Shown here: positions 1-4,726 of the stretch, piece after piece
How positions within the stretch are numbered: the first letter of the stretch is position 1
Layout: each line of letters begins with the position of its first letter
Origin: a virus
Taxonomy: Duplodnaviria; Heunggongvirae; Uroviricota; Caudoviricetes
Direction: 5' to 3' (one strand)
Virus record (IMG/VR): IMGVR_UViG_2671180846_000006
DNA length: 4,726 nt
Translations under genes and position numbers: made by a program
Notes under the pieces: model-generated
Told to the model about the DNA's origin: nothing
Seen by the model: the letters and a program-made list of their open reading frames with translations, nothing else
Databases searched by the model: none

Positions 1-215
1 TGCCACAACCGGAAGCGCACGTTCGAAGAAATCTAACGACAAGCCTTCTAAGGGAAAGAGCTTCGCCGTACGCTTTCGCGTTATGCCCTGACTTTTCAGG
101 GAAATATCCTTTCAGTAAACTGTCAGTACCGGATTCTTATCCGTGTCCGGCGCACGACCACACGTGACAGCGTGTTGGTCTCCATTTTTAACCCAGAACC
201 TCAATGGAGGATAAA

Positions 216-425
216 ATGCCAAACAAAAAAAGAAATCCGCTTATTGAAAAACAGATTGAATGCCTGGTAAATCAACTCAGGCAATCAGGGTTATTAAAAA
301 CTCATTCAGAGTTGAGGCTCACAGAATCAGCATTCGACGATAAATTAAATAATGTCCTTTATAATGGCATTATTGATTTTAATCGTTCTGTTGGTCGCCG
401 CGGCCCTGCTGGTGTTTCCTTATAA
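216..425 (+). CDS. Hypothetical small protein, 69 aa from the ATG at 216 (73 aa if from the in-frame ATG at 204)
   Basis: Only ORF on either strand across 204..425. GGAGGA at 206..211 sits 4 nt upstream of the ATG at 216. AT-rich codon usage like the adjacent 216-aa ORF. Stop TAA at 423..425 directly abuts the stop of the convergent minus-strand ORF. No family recognised by eye and no clear promoter upstream. Confidence 0.4.
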   Translation: MPNKKRNPLIEKQIECLVNQLRQSGLLKTHSELRLTESAFDDKLNNVLYNGIIDFNRSVGRRGPAGVSL

Positions 426-1064
426 TTACCAGTCAATCCAGAGTGGACCGTGTTCAGCGTAAATATAACTGTACACATCCAGATTATATTTGTGGTCTGT
501 TAAGAACAGGCCGCAAATACATGCCGAAGCTTCCAGTGCAGCGGCTCTGTTACTGAATAACCATGTAGCAACATTCCAGCGTTTTTCTGCATCCCAGTCT
601 TTCTCAAGGCCTGATACCATGAAGAAACCGTTAGTGTTGCCATCAAATAATTCTGTTTCCAAATTTTTAAGCAATGCCTGATGGACTCTTGCCAGGTATT
701 CCGCCGGAATTTCGCCACGAATTCTAATGAGATTGTCATAAACAAACATGTTCCCCGCATATGGCGATTTTTCTTTCTTGTTTTTTAAACCAGCATCATG
801 AGCAAACTGATCAATTTCTTCTTCCGTTGGTTTCGTATTGATGTTTTGCGCTGTCGTTTCTGCAATTTTATTTGCCATACTCTCTGAGTCGTGTTTATTT
901 ATAGACGCACAGAAATACAATCCGGTAAACGCATCGCGCACATTACGAGCCATATTATCAGTGTCTTTTTTCGTTACCGATTCCAATTCAAGTTCGTTCA
1001 GACGATGACGAAGTGTGTGTGCTGCAATCTCCTGGATTGAAGGAGGTAAATCTTTAAATTCCAT
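426..1064 (-). CDS. Hypothetical protein of unknown function, 212 aa from the ATG at 1064 (216 aa if from the ATG at 1076)
   Basis: Long uninterrupted minus-strand ORF. The ATG at 1064..1062 is preceded by GAGGT with a 5-nt spacer; the alternative ATG at 1076..1074 overlaps the upstream small ORF's stop (TGATG) but has no Shine-Dalgarno. Predicted hydrophilic, with no Walker, HTH or nuclease motif recognisable by eye. Low G+C compared with the replication genes. Confidence 0.7.
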   Translation of the reverse strand: MEFKDLPPSIQEIAAHTLRHRLNELELESVTKKDTDNMARNVRDAFTGLYFCASINKHDSESMANKIAETTAQNINTKPTEEEIDQFAHDAGLKNKKEKSPYAGNMFVYDNLIRIRGEIPAEYLARVHQALLKNLETELFDGNTNGFFMVSGLEKDWDAEKRWNVATWLFSNRAAALEASACICGLFLTDHKYNLDVYSYIYAEHGPLWIDW

Positions 1065-1075
1065 CGTCAACCTCA

Positions 1076-1228
1076 TCAGTCAGTGTTTCTGGCTAACCAG
1101 CGACGCGCGCCAGCTTCAGTTTTAAACGTTTTGCTTCTGGTATACGTCATCGCGGTAAACGTGCCGTCCAGGTTGGAGAATACTCCGCATACCAGAGATT
1201 CGTTGTTGCCAAGATTGAGCGTATCCAT
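1076..1228 (-). CDS. ydfA: YdfA-like small protein (about 50 aa)
   Basis: Translation MDTLNLGNNESLVCGVFSNLDGTFTAMTYTRSKTFKTEAGARRWLARNTD. GAGGT lies 4 nt upstream of the ATG at 1228..1226. It is the first gene downstream of the DicA-like repressor, as ydfA is in K-12 Qin, and I recall the K-12 protein as similar (from memory, not searched). The ORF track's 76-aa version (to 1306) would run through the operator and promoter region and has no ribosome-binding site. Confidence 0.65.
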   Translation of the reverse strand: MDTLNLGNNESLVCGVFSNLDGTFTAMTYTRSKTFKTEAGARRWLARNTD

Positions 1229-1305
1229 GTTGACCTCATTTCCCCTTAACGCCGGGGTAGCGGAACTGTTTGCTGAGAACACCGTGCGGTGTCTTGATGC
1301 AAGCA

Positions 1306-1334
1306 AGATTAGCCATGACTAACAATTTGGTCAA
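1306..1334 (-). promoter_or_regulatory. Putative sigma70 promoter for the ydfA-led operon (PdicB-equivalent)
   Basis: On the minus strand: -35 TTGACC (plus coordinates 1334..1329), 17-nt spacer, -10 TAATCT (1311..1306). An operator copy sits inside the spacer. Hexamers were found by eye; the -10 is only a moderate match. Confidence 0.4.
1309..1324. promoter_or_regulatory. Operator-like site O1 (TTAGCCATGACTAACA), presumed DicA-like repressor binding site
   Basis: 16-bp imperfect palindrome (TTAGC-CATGA-CTAA core). It lies in the spacer of the putative minus-strand promoter. The same 16-mer recurs at 1344..1359 (one mismatch) and, inverted, at 1853..1868. Confidence 0.55.
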
Positions 1335-1343
1335 GTATTTTTG

Positions 1344-1359
1344 TTTGCCATGACTAACA
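1344..1359. promoter_or_regulatory. Operator-like site O2 (TTTGCCATGACTAACA)
   Basis: 15 of 16 identical to O1, same orientation, centres 35 bp apart, just upstream of the putative -35. Confidence 0.5.
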
Positions 1360-1371
1360 TTTTGGGCAACC

Positions 1372-1403
1372 AAAAAGATAACGCATTGATTGCGTTATCT
1401 TTT
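1372..1403. terminator. Bidirectional intrinsic terminator-like hairpin at the 3' end of the DicA-like gene
   Basis: Perfect 9-bp stem GATAACGCA (1377..1385) / TGCGTTATC (1391..1399) with a 5-nt loop, extendable by A:T pairs. Flanked by AAAAA (1372..1376) on one side and TTTT (1400..1403) on the other, so it reads as hairpin plus U-tract on both strands. The stem includes the dicA stop codon (1395..1397). Confidence 0.5.
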
Positions 1404-1802
1404 GTTTGTTCGTTGACGGGCTTTTAATAACTCTTCAAAGAGTTTGTTGAAATTTTTTACTCGGGCGCGCATCTCGGTGAGCTGAGCATCCTGTTCTGAT
1501 TCAGGCAATGCATTAAAAAGCTCAAGGAGCTCATGTTCTTTGGGGGATAGAGCAACTGGCTCCTCAATAGGTGGTGATGGCTGCTTGTCTTCATCGCCAA
1601 ATAGAATCCATGTTGGCGAGCACTGCAGTACTTTGCTGAGGGCAAAAAGATTCTTTCCTGTAGGTTCGCTATCATCCCGCTCCCATTGTGAAACCGATAC
1701 GTGAGAAATTTTCAGGACTTTAGCAAGAGACCTTTGGGTGTATTTGAGGTTTTTTCGGCGATATCTAATGCGTTCGCCAATGGTTAAATTTTTTGTATCC
1801 AT
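1395..1802 (-). CDS. dicA: DicA-like prophage repressor (XRE-family HTH, CI analog, 135 aa, no C-terminal S24 peptidase domain)
   Basis: Translation MDTKNLTIGERIRYRRKNLKYTQRSLAKVLKISHVSVSQWERDDSEPTGKNLFALSKVLQCSPTWILFGDE... has an N-terminal XRE-type helix-turn-helix (QRSLAKVLKISHVSVSQWE) and a length and sequence I recognise as K-12 Qin DicA-like. Divergent from a Cro-like gene and flanked by repeated operators. Confidence 0.88.
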   Translation of the reverse strand: MDTKNLTIGERIRYRRKNLKYTQRSLAKVLKISHVSVSQWERDDSEPTGKNLFALSKVLQCSPTWILFGDEDKQPSPPIEEPVALSPKEHELLELFNALPESEQDAQLTEMRARVKNFNKLFEELLKARQRTNKR

Positions 1803-1824
1803 AGTTAGCTAATGCTAAATCTTA

Positions 1825-1853
1825 TTGACTATGTTTTTGTTAACATCTATTTT
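1825..1853 (+). promoter_or_regulatory. Putative sigma70 promoter for the DicC-like gene
   Basis: -35 TTGACT (1825..1830), 17-nt spacer, -10 TATTTT (1848..1853). Operator O3 overlaps the -10 and start region. AAGGTG ribosome-binding site at 1874..1879, 6 nt before the ATG at 1886. Confidence 0.45.
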
Positions 1854-1870
1854 GTTAGTCATGGCTAACA
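1853..1870. promoter_or_regulatory. Operator-like site O3 (TGTTAGTCATGGCTAACA), inverted copy of O1
   Basis: The reverse complement of 1853..1868 is TTAGCCATGACTAACA, identical to O1. It sits between the divergent dicA and dicC starts, overlapping the putative dicC -10. Confidence 0.55.
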
Positions 1871-1885
1871 ATCAAGGTGCTTTAA

Positions 1886-2113
1886 ATGCTTAAAACTGAC
1901 GCACTTTTGTATTTCGGTTCAAAAACAAAACTTGCACAAGCTGCTGGTATTCGTTTGGCTTCGCTTTATAGCTGGAAAGGGGAGCTAGTACCTGAAGGTC
2001 GCGCGATGCGCCTGCAAGAGGCATCCGGCGGGGAACTTCAGTACGACCCCAANNNNNNNNNNNNNNNNNNNNNNNNNNNNNNNNNNNNNNNNNNNNNNNN
2101 NNNNCGATATTAA
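1886..2113 (+). CDS. dicC: DicC-like Cro analog (small HTH regulator); 3' third obscured by the N-run
   Basis: Translation MLKTDALLYFGSKTKLAQAAGIRLASLYSWKGELVPEGRAMRLQEASGGELQYDP... matches my memory of K-12 DicC. Divergent from dicA with a good ribosome-binding site. The frame resumes after the Ns and stops at TAA 2111..2113; the 75-aa length is valid only if the N-run length is exact. Confidence 0.8.
   Translation: MLKTDALLYFGSKTKLAQAAGIRLASLYSWKGELVPEGRAMRLQEASGGELQYDPXXXXXXXXXXXXXXXXXXRY
2053..2104. other. Run of 52 N (assembly gap or masked bases)
   Basis: Directly visible. It interrupts the 3' end of dicC and hides the 5' end of the next ORF. Confidence 0.97.
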
Positions 2114-2547
2114 TCACGGAAGCATTCTGGGCTCTGAAAGAACGCCCGAACATCGATGTTCAACGCATCACGTTTAATGATGGCGAGGTTGATCAACGGG
2201 CACTGGGCGTTAACCGGGTGAAGATATTCGAACGCTGGAAGGCTATCGACACCAGGGATAAGCGTGAAAAATTCACGGCGCTGATTCCGGCAATTATGGA
2301 GGCTATCCGGATTAGTGATTTCAGGTTGTACCGCGAAATTACTGACGGAAAAAGCATTACGTACATGATTGCCGGGTTAAACAAAGAATATGGCGATGTG
2401 GTGGAGTCCGGGCTGCTTTTTGCAGATCCAGCTGTTGTGGAACGTGAGACAGACGAGCTTATAGAAAAAGCAATCGCTTTCAAGCGTGCCTATCGTCACC
2501 AGTACCAACAAAAAGCCGGATGGAATTATGAGCCTTCTTTTTGCTGA
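2105..2547 (+). CDS. Probable YdaT-like protein (CII-functional-analog family), 5' end lost in the N-run
   Basis: This frame is open from the gap to TGA at 2545..2547. The visible 147 aa (...KIFERWKAIDTRDKREKFTALIPAIMEAIRISDF...ELIEKAIAFKRAYRHQYQQKAGW) resemble what I recall of Rac/CP-933P YdaT, and the gene sits in the CII position after the Cro analog. The ORF track's GTG start at 2218 is unlikely to be real because the frame is open upstream. Family assignment is from memory. Confidence 0.5.
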
Positions 2548-3493
2548 ACGCCCGCTGGTTATAAACACACAGCTGGCGATGAAGATTGGTTTAAACGAAG
2601 CCATTGTGTTGCAGCAACTGCATTACTGGTTGAGGGATACCAGTTCCGGCATGGAATGTGATGGCGTTCGCTGGATTTACAACACAACGGAACAATGGCT
2701 GGAACAGTTTCCGTTCTGGTCAGAGTCAACGTTAAAGCGTGCGTTTGCAAGTCTGAAAGCGCTGGGGCTTTTGCGTAGCGAAAAGCTCAATAAATCGAAG
2801 CGTGATATGACTAATTTTTACACAATTAACTACGATAGCGCGCTTTTAGATGATGGCAAAGTGAACGAATCCATCGGGTCAAAATGCGCCACTCCATCAG
2901 GTCAAAATGACACGATGGAAGAGGTCAAAATGAAACGTTCCATTGGTTCAAAACGGCCCAATGTCATCAGGTCAAAATGGCCCGATGATCCTACAGAGAA
3001 TACAACAGAGAATACAACAGAGAATAAAAAACTCTCTTGTCCGGACGCTTCGCAACCGGACGAGTTGACGGCTGAACAGGCGTTTTTAACCCGCCATCCT
3101 GATGCAGTTGTGTTCAGCGTGAAAAAACGCCAGTGGGGAACCCGGGAGGATTTGACATGTGCGCAGTGGATCTGGGGGCGGGTTGTAAACCTGTACGAAC
3201 AGGCTGCCAGTGACGATGGTGAGATCACGCGACCGAAAGAGCCCAACTGGACGGCGTGGGCCAATGACGTGCGCACAATGCGGATGCTGGATGGAAGAAG
3301 TCACAGACAAATTTGCGAAATGTTCAGCCGGGCACAACGGGATCCGTTCTGGATAAAAAACATCAAGAGCCCGGAAAAACTCCGTGAGAAATGGGATGAA
3401 CTGGTTATTCGACTGTGGCGTGGTCCCGCGCAGCGTTGCGTGAATCATATTTCTGAACCGGATACCGAAATTCCGCCGGGTTTCAGGGGGTAG
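2528..3493 (+). CDS. Phage replication initiator (lambda O-like replisome organizer) with iterons inside the coding sequence
   Basis: 322-aa ORF from ATG 2528 (MSLLFAERPLVINTQLAMKIGLNEAIVLQQLHYWL...); the track's 335-aa version starts at GTG 2486 with no ribosome-binding site. N-terminal winged-helix-like domain, then a low-complexity linker encoded by direct repeats, then a C-terminal domain. Immediately followed by a DnaC-like gene. Overlaps the upstream ORF by 20 nt. Confidence 0.75.
   Translation: MSLLFAERPLVINTQLAMKIGLNEAIVLQQLHYWLRDTSSGMECDGVRWIYNTTEQWLEQFPFWSESTLKRAFASLKALGLLRSEKLNKSKRDMTNFYTINYDSALLDDGKVNESIGSKCATPSGQNDTMEEVKMKRSIGSKRPNVIRSKWPDDPTENTTENTTENKKLSCPDASQPDELTAEQAFLTRHPDAVVFSVKKRQWGTREDLTCAQWIWGRVVNLYEQAASDDGEITRPKEPNWTAWANDVRTMRMLDGRSHRQICEMFSRAQRDPFWIKNIKSPEKLREKWDELVIRLWRGPAQRCVNHISEPDTEIPPGFRG
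2872..2979. repeat. Iteron array: 4 good copies and 1 degenerate copy of CATCAGGTCAAAATG at about 23-bp spacing (putative ori)
   Basis: Core GGTCAAAATG at 2877, 2900, 2923 and 2970, with a degenerate GGTTCAAAACG at 2945. The 15-mer CATCAGGTCAAAATG is identical at 2895..2909 and 2965..2979; 2872..2886 differs at one base. Located in the linker of the O-like gene, the classical lambdoid origin position. Confidence 0.6.
2994..3029. repeat. 12-bp tandem repeat ACAGAGAATACA x3 (third copy imperfect), encoding TENTTENTTEN
   Basis: Directly visible perfect tandem copies at 2994..3005 and 3006..3017, and an imperfect copy at 3018..3029. In frame within the O-like ORF. A-rich, followed by AAAAAA, immediately downstream of the iterons. 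Confidence 0.9.
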
Positions 3494-3499
3494 CGCATC

Positions 3500-4240
3500 A
3501 TGAAAAACATTACGTCAGGTGGTGTTCTGGCAAGAGTCAGCAGATTTGTGCCGCAGGATGCAATCCCTCCGTACCGTACGGTGACGGAGTGGCGGGAATG
3601 GCAGCTTGCTGAAGGGCGTAAGCGAAGCGAGGAGGTTAATCGTCTGAATCATCAGACGCGGGTTGAAAAAATCATTAACCGCTCCGGTATCCAGCCGCTT
3701 CACCGGAAGTGTACGTTCGGTAACTACCGGGTGCAGAACGATGGTCAGCGCCATGCCCTGAGTCAGGCGAAATCCATTGCGGCAGAGCTGGAAGGCGGCT
3801 GTACGAATTTTGTTTTCAGTGGCAGGCCTGGCACAGGAAAAAACCACCTGGCGGCGGCTATTGGCAACCACCTTCTGGCGAAAGGTCGCAGTGTGATTGT
3901 GATAACAGTGGCGGATGTGATGCTGGCGTTACATGGCAGCTACGACAACAAAAACTCGGGCGAAAAATTTTTGCAGGGATTGTGTGGCGTTGACCTGCTG
4001 GTACTGGATGAAATTGGCATGCAACGGGATACGCGTAATGAGCAGGTCACGCTGAATCAGATTGTTGACCGCAGAACGGCATCGTTACTCAGTGTGGGGA
4101 TGCTGACAAATCTTAACCATGCAGCGATGAATACACTTCTCGGCGAGCGGGTGATGGACCGCATGTCCATGAACGGTGGTCGCTGGGTGACGTTTAACTG
4201 GGAGAGCTGGCGTCCGAACGTCAGCCAGCACAGGAACTGA
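3500..4240 (+). CDS. DnaC-like helicase loader (IstB-like AAA+ ATPase)
   Basis: 246 aa with Walker [16 protein letters not shown] and Walker [14 protein letters not shown] lies 9 nt upstream of the ATG at 3500. Starts 6 nt after the O-like stop, the usual O/P-type pairing. Confidence 0.85.
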   Translation: MKNITSGGVLARVSRFVPQDAIPPYRTVTEWREWQLAEGRKRSEEVNRLNHQTRVEKIINRSGIQPLHRKCTFGNYRVQNDGQRHALSQAKSIAAELEGGCTNFVFSGRPGTGKNHLAAAIGNHLLAKGRSVIVITVADVMLALHGSYDNKNSGEKFLQGLCGVDLLVLDEIGMQRDTRNEQVTLNQIVDRRTASLLSVGMLTNLNHAAMNTLLGERVMDRMSMNGGRWVTFNWESWRPNVSQHRN

Positions 4241-4269
4241 GAAGTAATTTTTATCCGGAGGAAGTTTTA

Positions 4270-4726
4270 ATGGAAACCGTATTGCATGCACTGAAAACGA
4301 TGGGTAAAGCCAATTCTGTTGAACTGGCGGCGCGGCTTGATATCAGCCGTGAAGAAGTTCTCAACGAACTGTGGGAACTCAAAAAAAATGGCGTTGTTGA
4401 TAAAACGGGTCACACCTGGTTTCTGGCTGGTGAAGGTGAATCCGGGGTAACCGAAGAACAGCCAGCACAGTCTGAAGTACCGGATGTGCTGACCGGGGAG
4501 GTCGAACAAAAAGTTACCGCGGACATGATGATTGAGTTTATCTGTCAGGATGGGGCTAAAACGTGTGAGGAACTGGCGGATAAGTTCGGTGTTAGCATTC
4601 GCAAGGTTGCTTCCACGTTGGCGGTCGTAACAGCAACGGGGCGCCTGGCACGCGTAAATCAGAACGGTAAATTTCGTTACTGCATACCGGGCGCTGATTT
4701 ACCGGCAGAGCCGGAAGCTGCATCCG
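4270..4726 (+). CDS. Hypothetical protein with two tandem winged-helix-like repeats; 3' end beyond the window
   Basis: Not in the ORF track because no stop occurs before the window ends; I translated it by hand from ATG 4270 ([60 protein letters not shown]...[69 protein letters not shown]). GGAGGA lies 8 nt upstream. There is an internal duplication of an approximately 50-aa helix-turn-helix/wing-like module. Confidence 0.6.
   Translation, partial: METVLHALKTMGKANSVELAARLDISREEVLNELWELKKNGVVDKTGHTWFLAGEGESGVTEEQPAQSEVPDVLTGEVEQKVTADMMIEFICQDGAKTCEELADKFGVSIRKVASTLAVVTATGRLARVNQNGKFRYCIPGADLPAEPEAAS

Noticed and set aside
1-203. A DicF-like sRNA or dicB homologue downstream of the unknown gene, and a partial gene at the left edge
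   Set aside because: I found no sequence resembling what I recall of DicF, and no small DicB-sized ORF. The three plus-strand frames each stop within 165 nt and I cannot tell which, if any, is a real C-terminus from so short a stretch.
490-760. Two short ORFs (490..681 plus strand, 500..760 minus strand) inside the 216-aa gene
   Set aside because: Fully embedded in, or out of frame with, the longer minus-strand ORF; no ribosome-binding sites; low-complexity translations. Treated as spurious.
1083-1322. 79-aa plus-strand ORF antisense to the YdfA-like gene, and the 76-aa extended version of the ydfA ORF (to 1306)
   Set aside because: Both run through the operator and promoter region and lack Shine-Dalgarno sequences. 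The YdfA-like protein has a good site at its internal ATG (1228), giving the expected length of about 50 aa.
1457-1675. 72-aa minus-strand ORF inside dicA in another frame
   Set aside because: Entirely contained within the recognisable DicA-like reading frame; its translation is low-complexity.
1803-1885. A precise dicA promoter (-35/-10) on the minus strand within the divergent region
   Set aside because: Candidate hexamers (for example TTGATT with AAATAG, or TTAACA with ATTTAG) are all weak matches. I annotated the dicC promoter and operator but not a specific dicA promoter.
2872-3029. Possibility that the regularly spaced direct repeats are a CRISPR array
   Set aside because: The repeats are only about 15 bp at about 23-bp spacing, sit inside an intact reading frame and are degenerate. 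That fits replication-origin iterons, not CRISPR repeats (typically 28-37 bp with unique spacers of similar length).
2193-3871. Minus-strand ORFs antisense to the YdaT-like, O-like and DnaC-like genes (2193..2483, 2377..2604, 2559..2750, 2902..3276, 3086..3448, 3515..3871), plus the one plus-strand ORF at 1890..2153
   Set aside because: All overlap better-supported plus-strand genes with recognisable domains (Walker motifs, HTH), lack ribosome-binding sites, and are typical antisense ORFs in G+C-rich coding DNA. The ORF at 1890..2153 spans the N-run.
4085-4509. Minus-strand ORFs 4085..4291 and 4267..4509
   Set aside because: Antisense to the DnaC-like 3' end and to the hand-translated plus-strand ORF starting at 4270, which has a strong GGAGGA site and a coherent domain repeat.

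Overview
This window reads as the immunity and replication core of a Qin/DicA-type lambdoid prophage from an Escherichia-like genome; all calls are from reading the sequence by eye, with no searches run. Minus strand, right to left: a DicA-like repressor (1395..1802), a putative operator-controlled promoter, a small YdfA-like ORF (1076..1228), then an unrecognised AT-rich 212-216 aa ORF (426..1064/1076) where E. coli K-12 Qin carries ydfB-ydfC-dicF-dicB. A small plus-strand ORF (216..425) converges on it with abutting stop codons. Plus strand from the divergent promoter: a DicC-like Cro analog (1886..2113) broken by a 52-nt N-run (2053..2104), a probable YdaT-like protein whose 5' end is in the gap, an O-like replication initiator (2528..3493) with an internal iteron array and a 12-bp tandem repeat (putative origin), a DnaC-like helicase loader (3500..4240), and a 3'-partial ORF with two winged-helix-like repeats (4270..4726). 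One 16-bp operator-like motif occurs three times, flanking the repressor gene. The best candidate for something undescribed is the unrecognised ORF pair at 216..1076; I could not assign either to a family.
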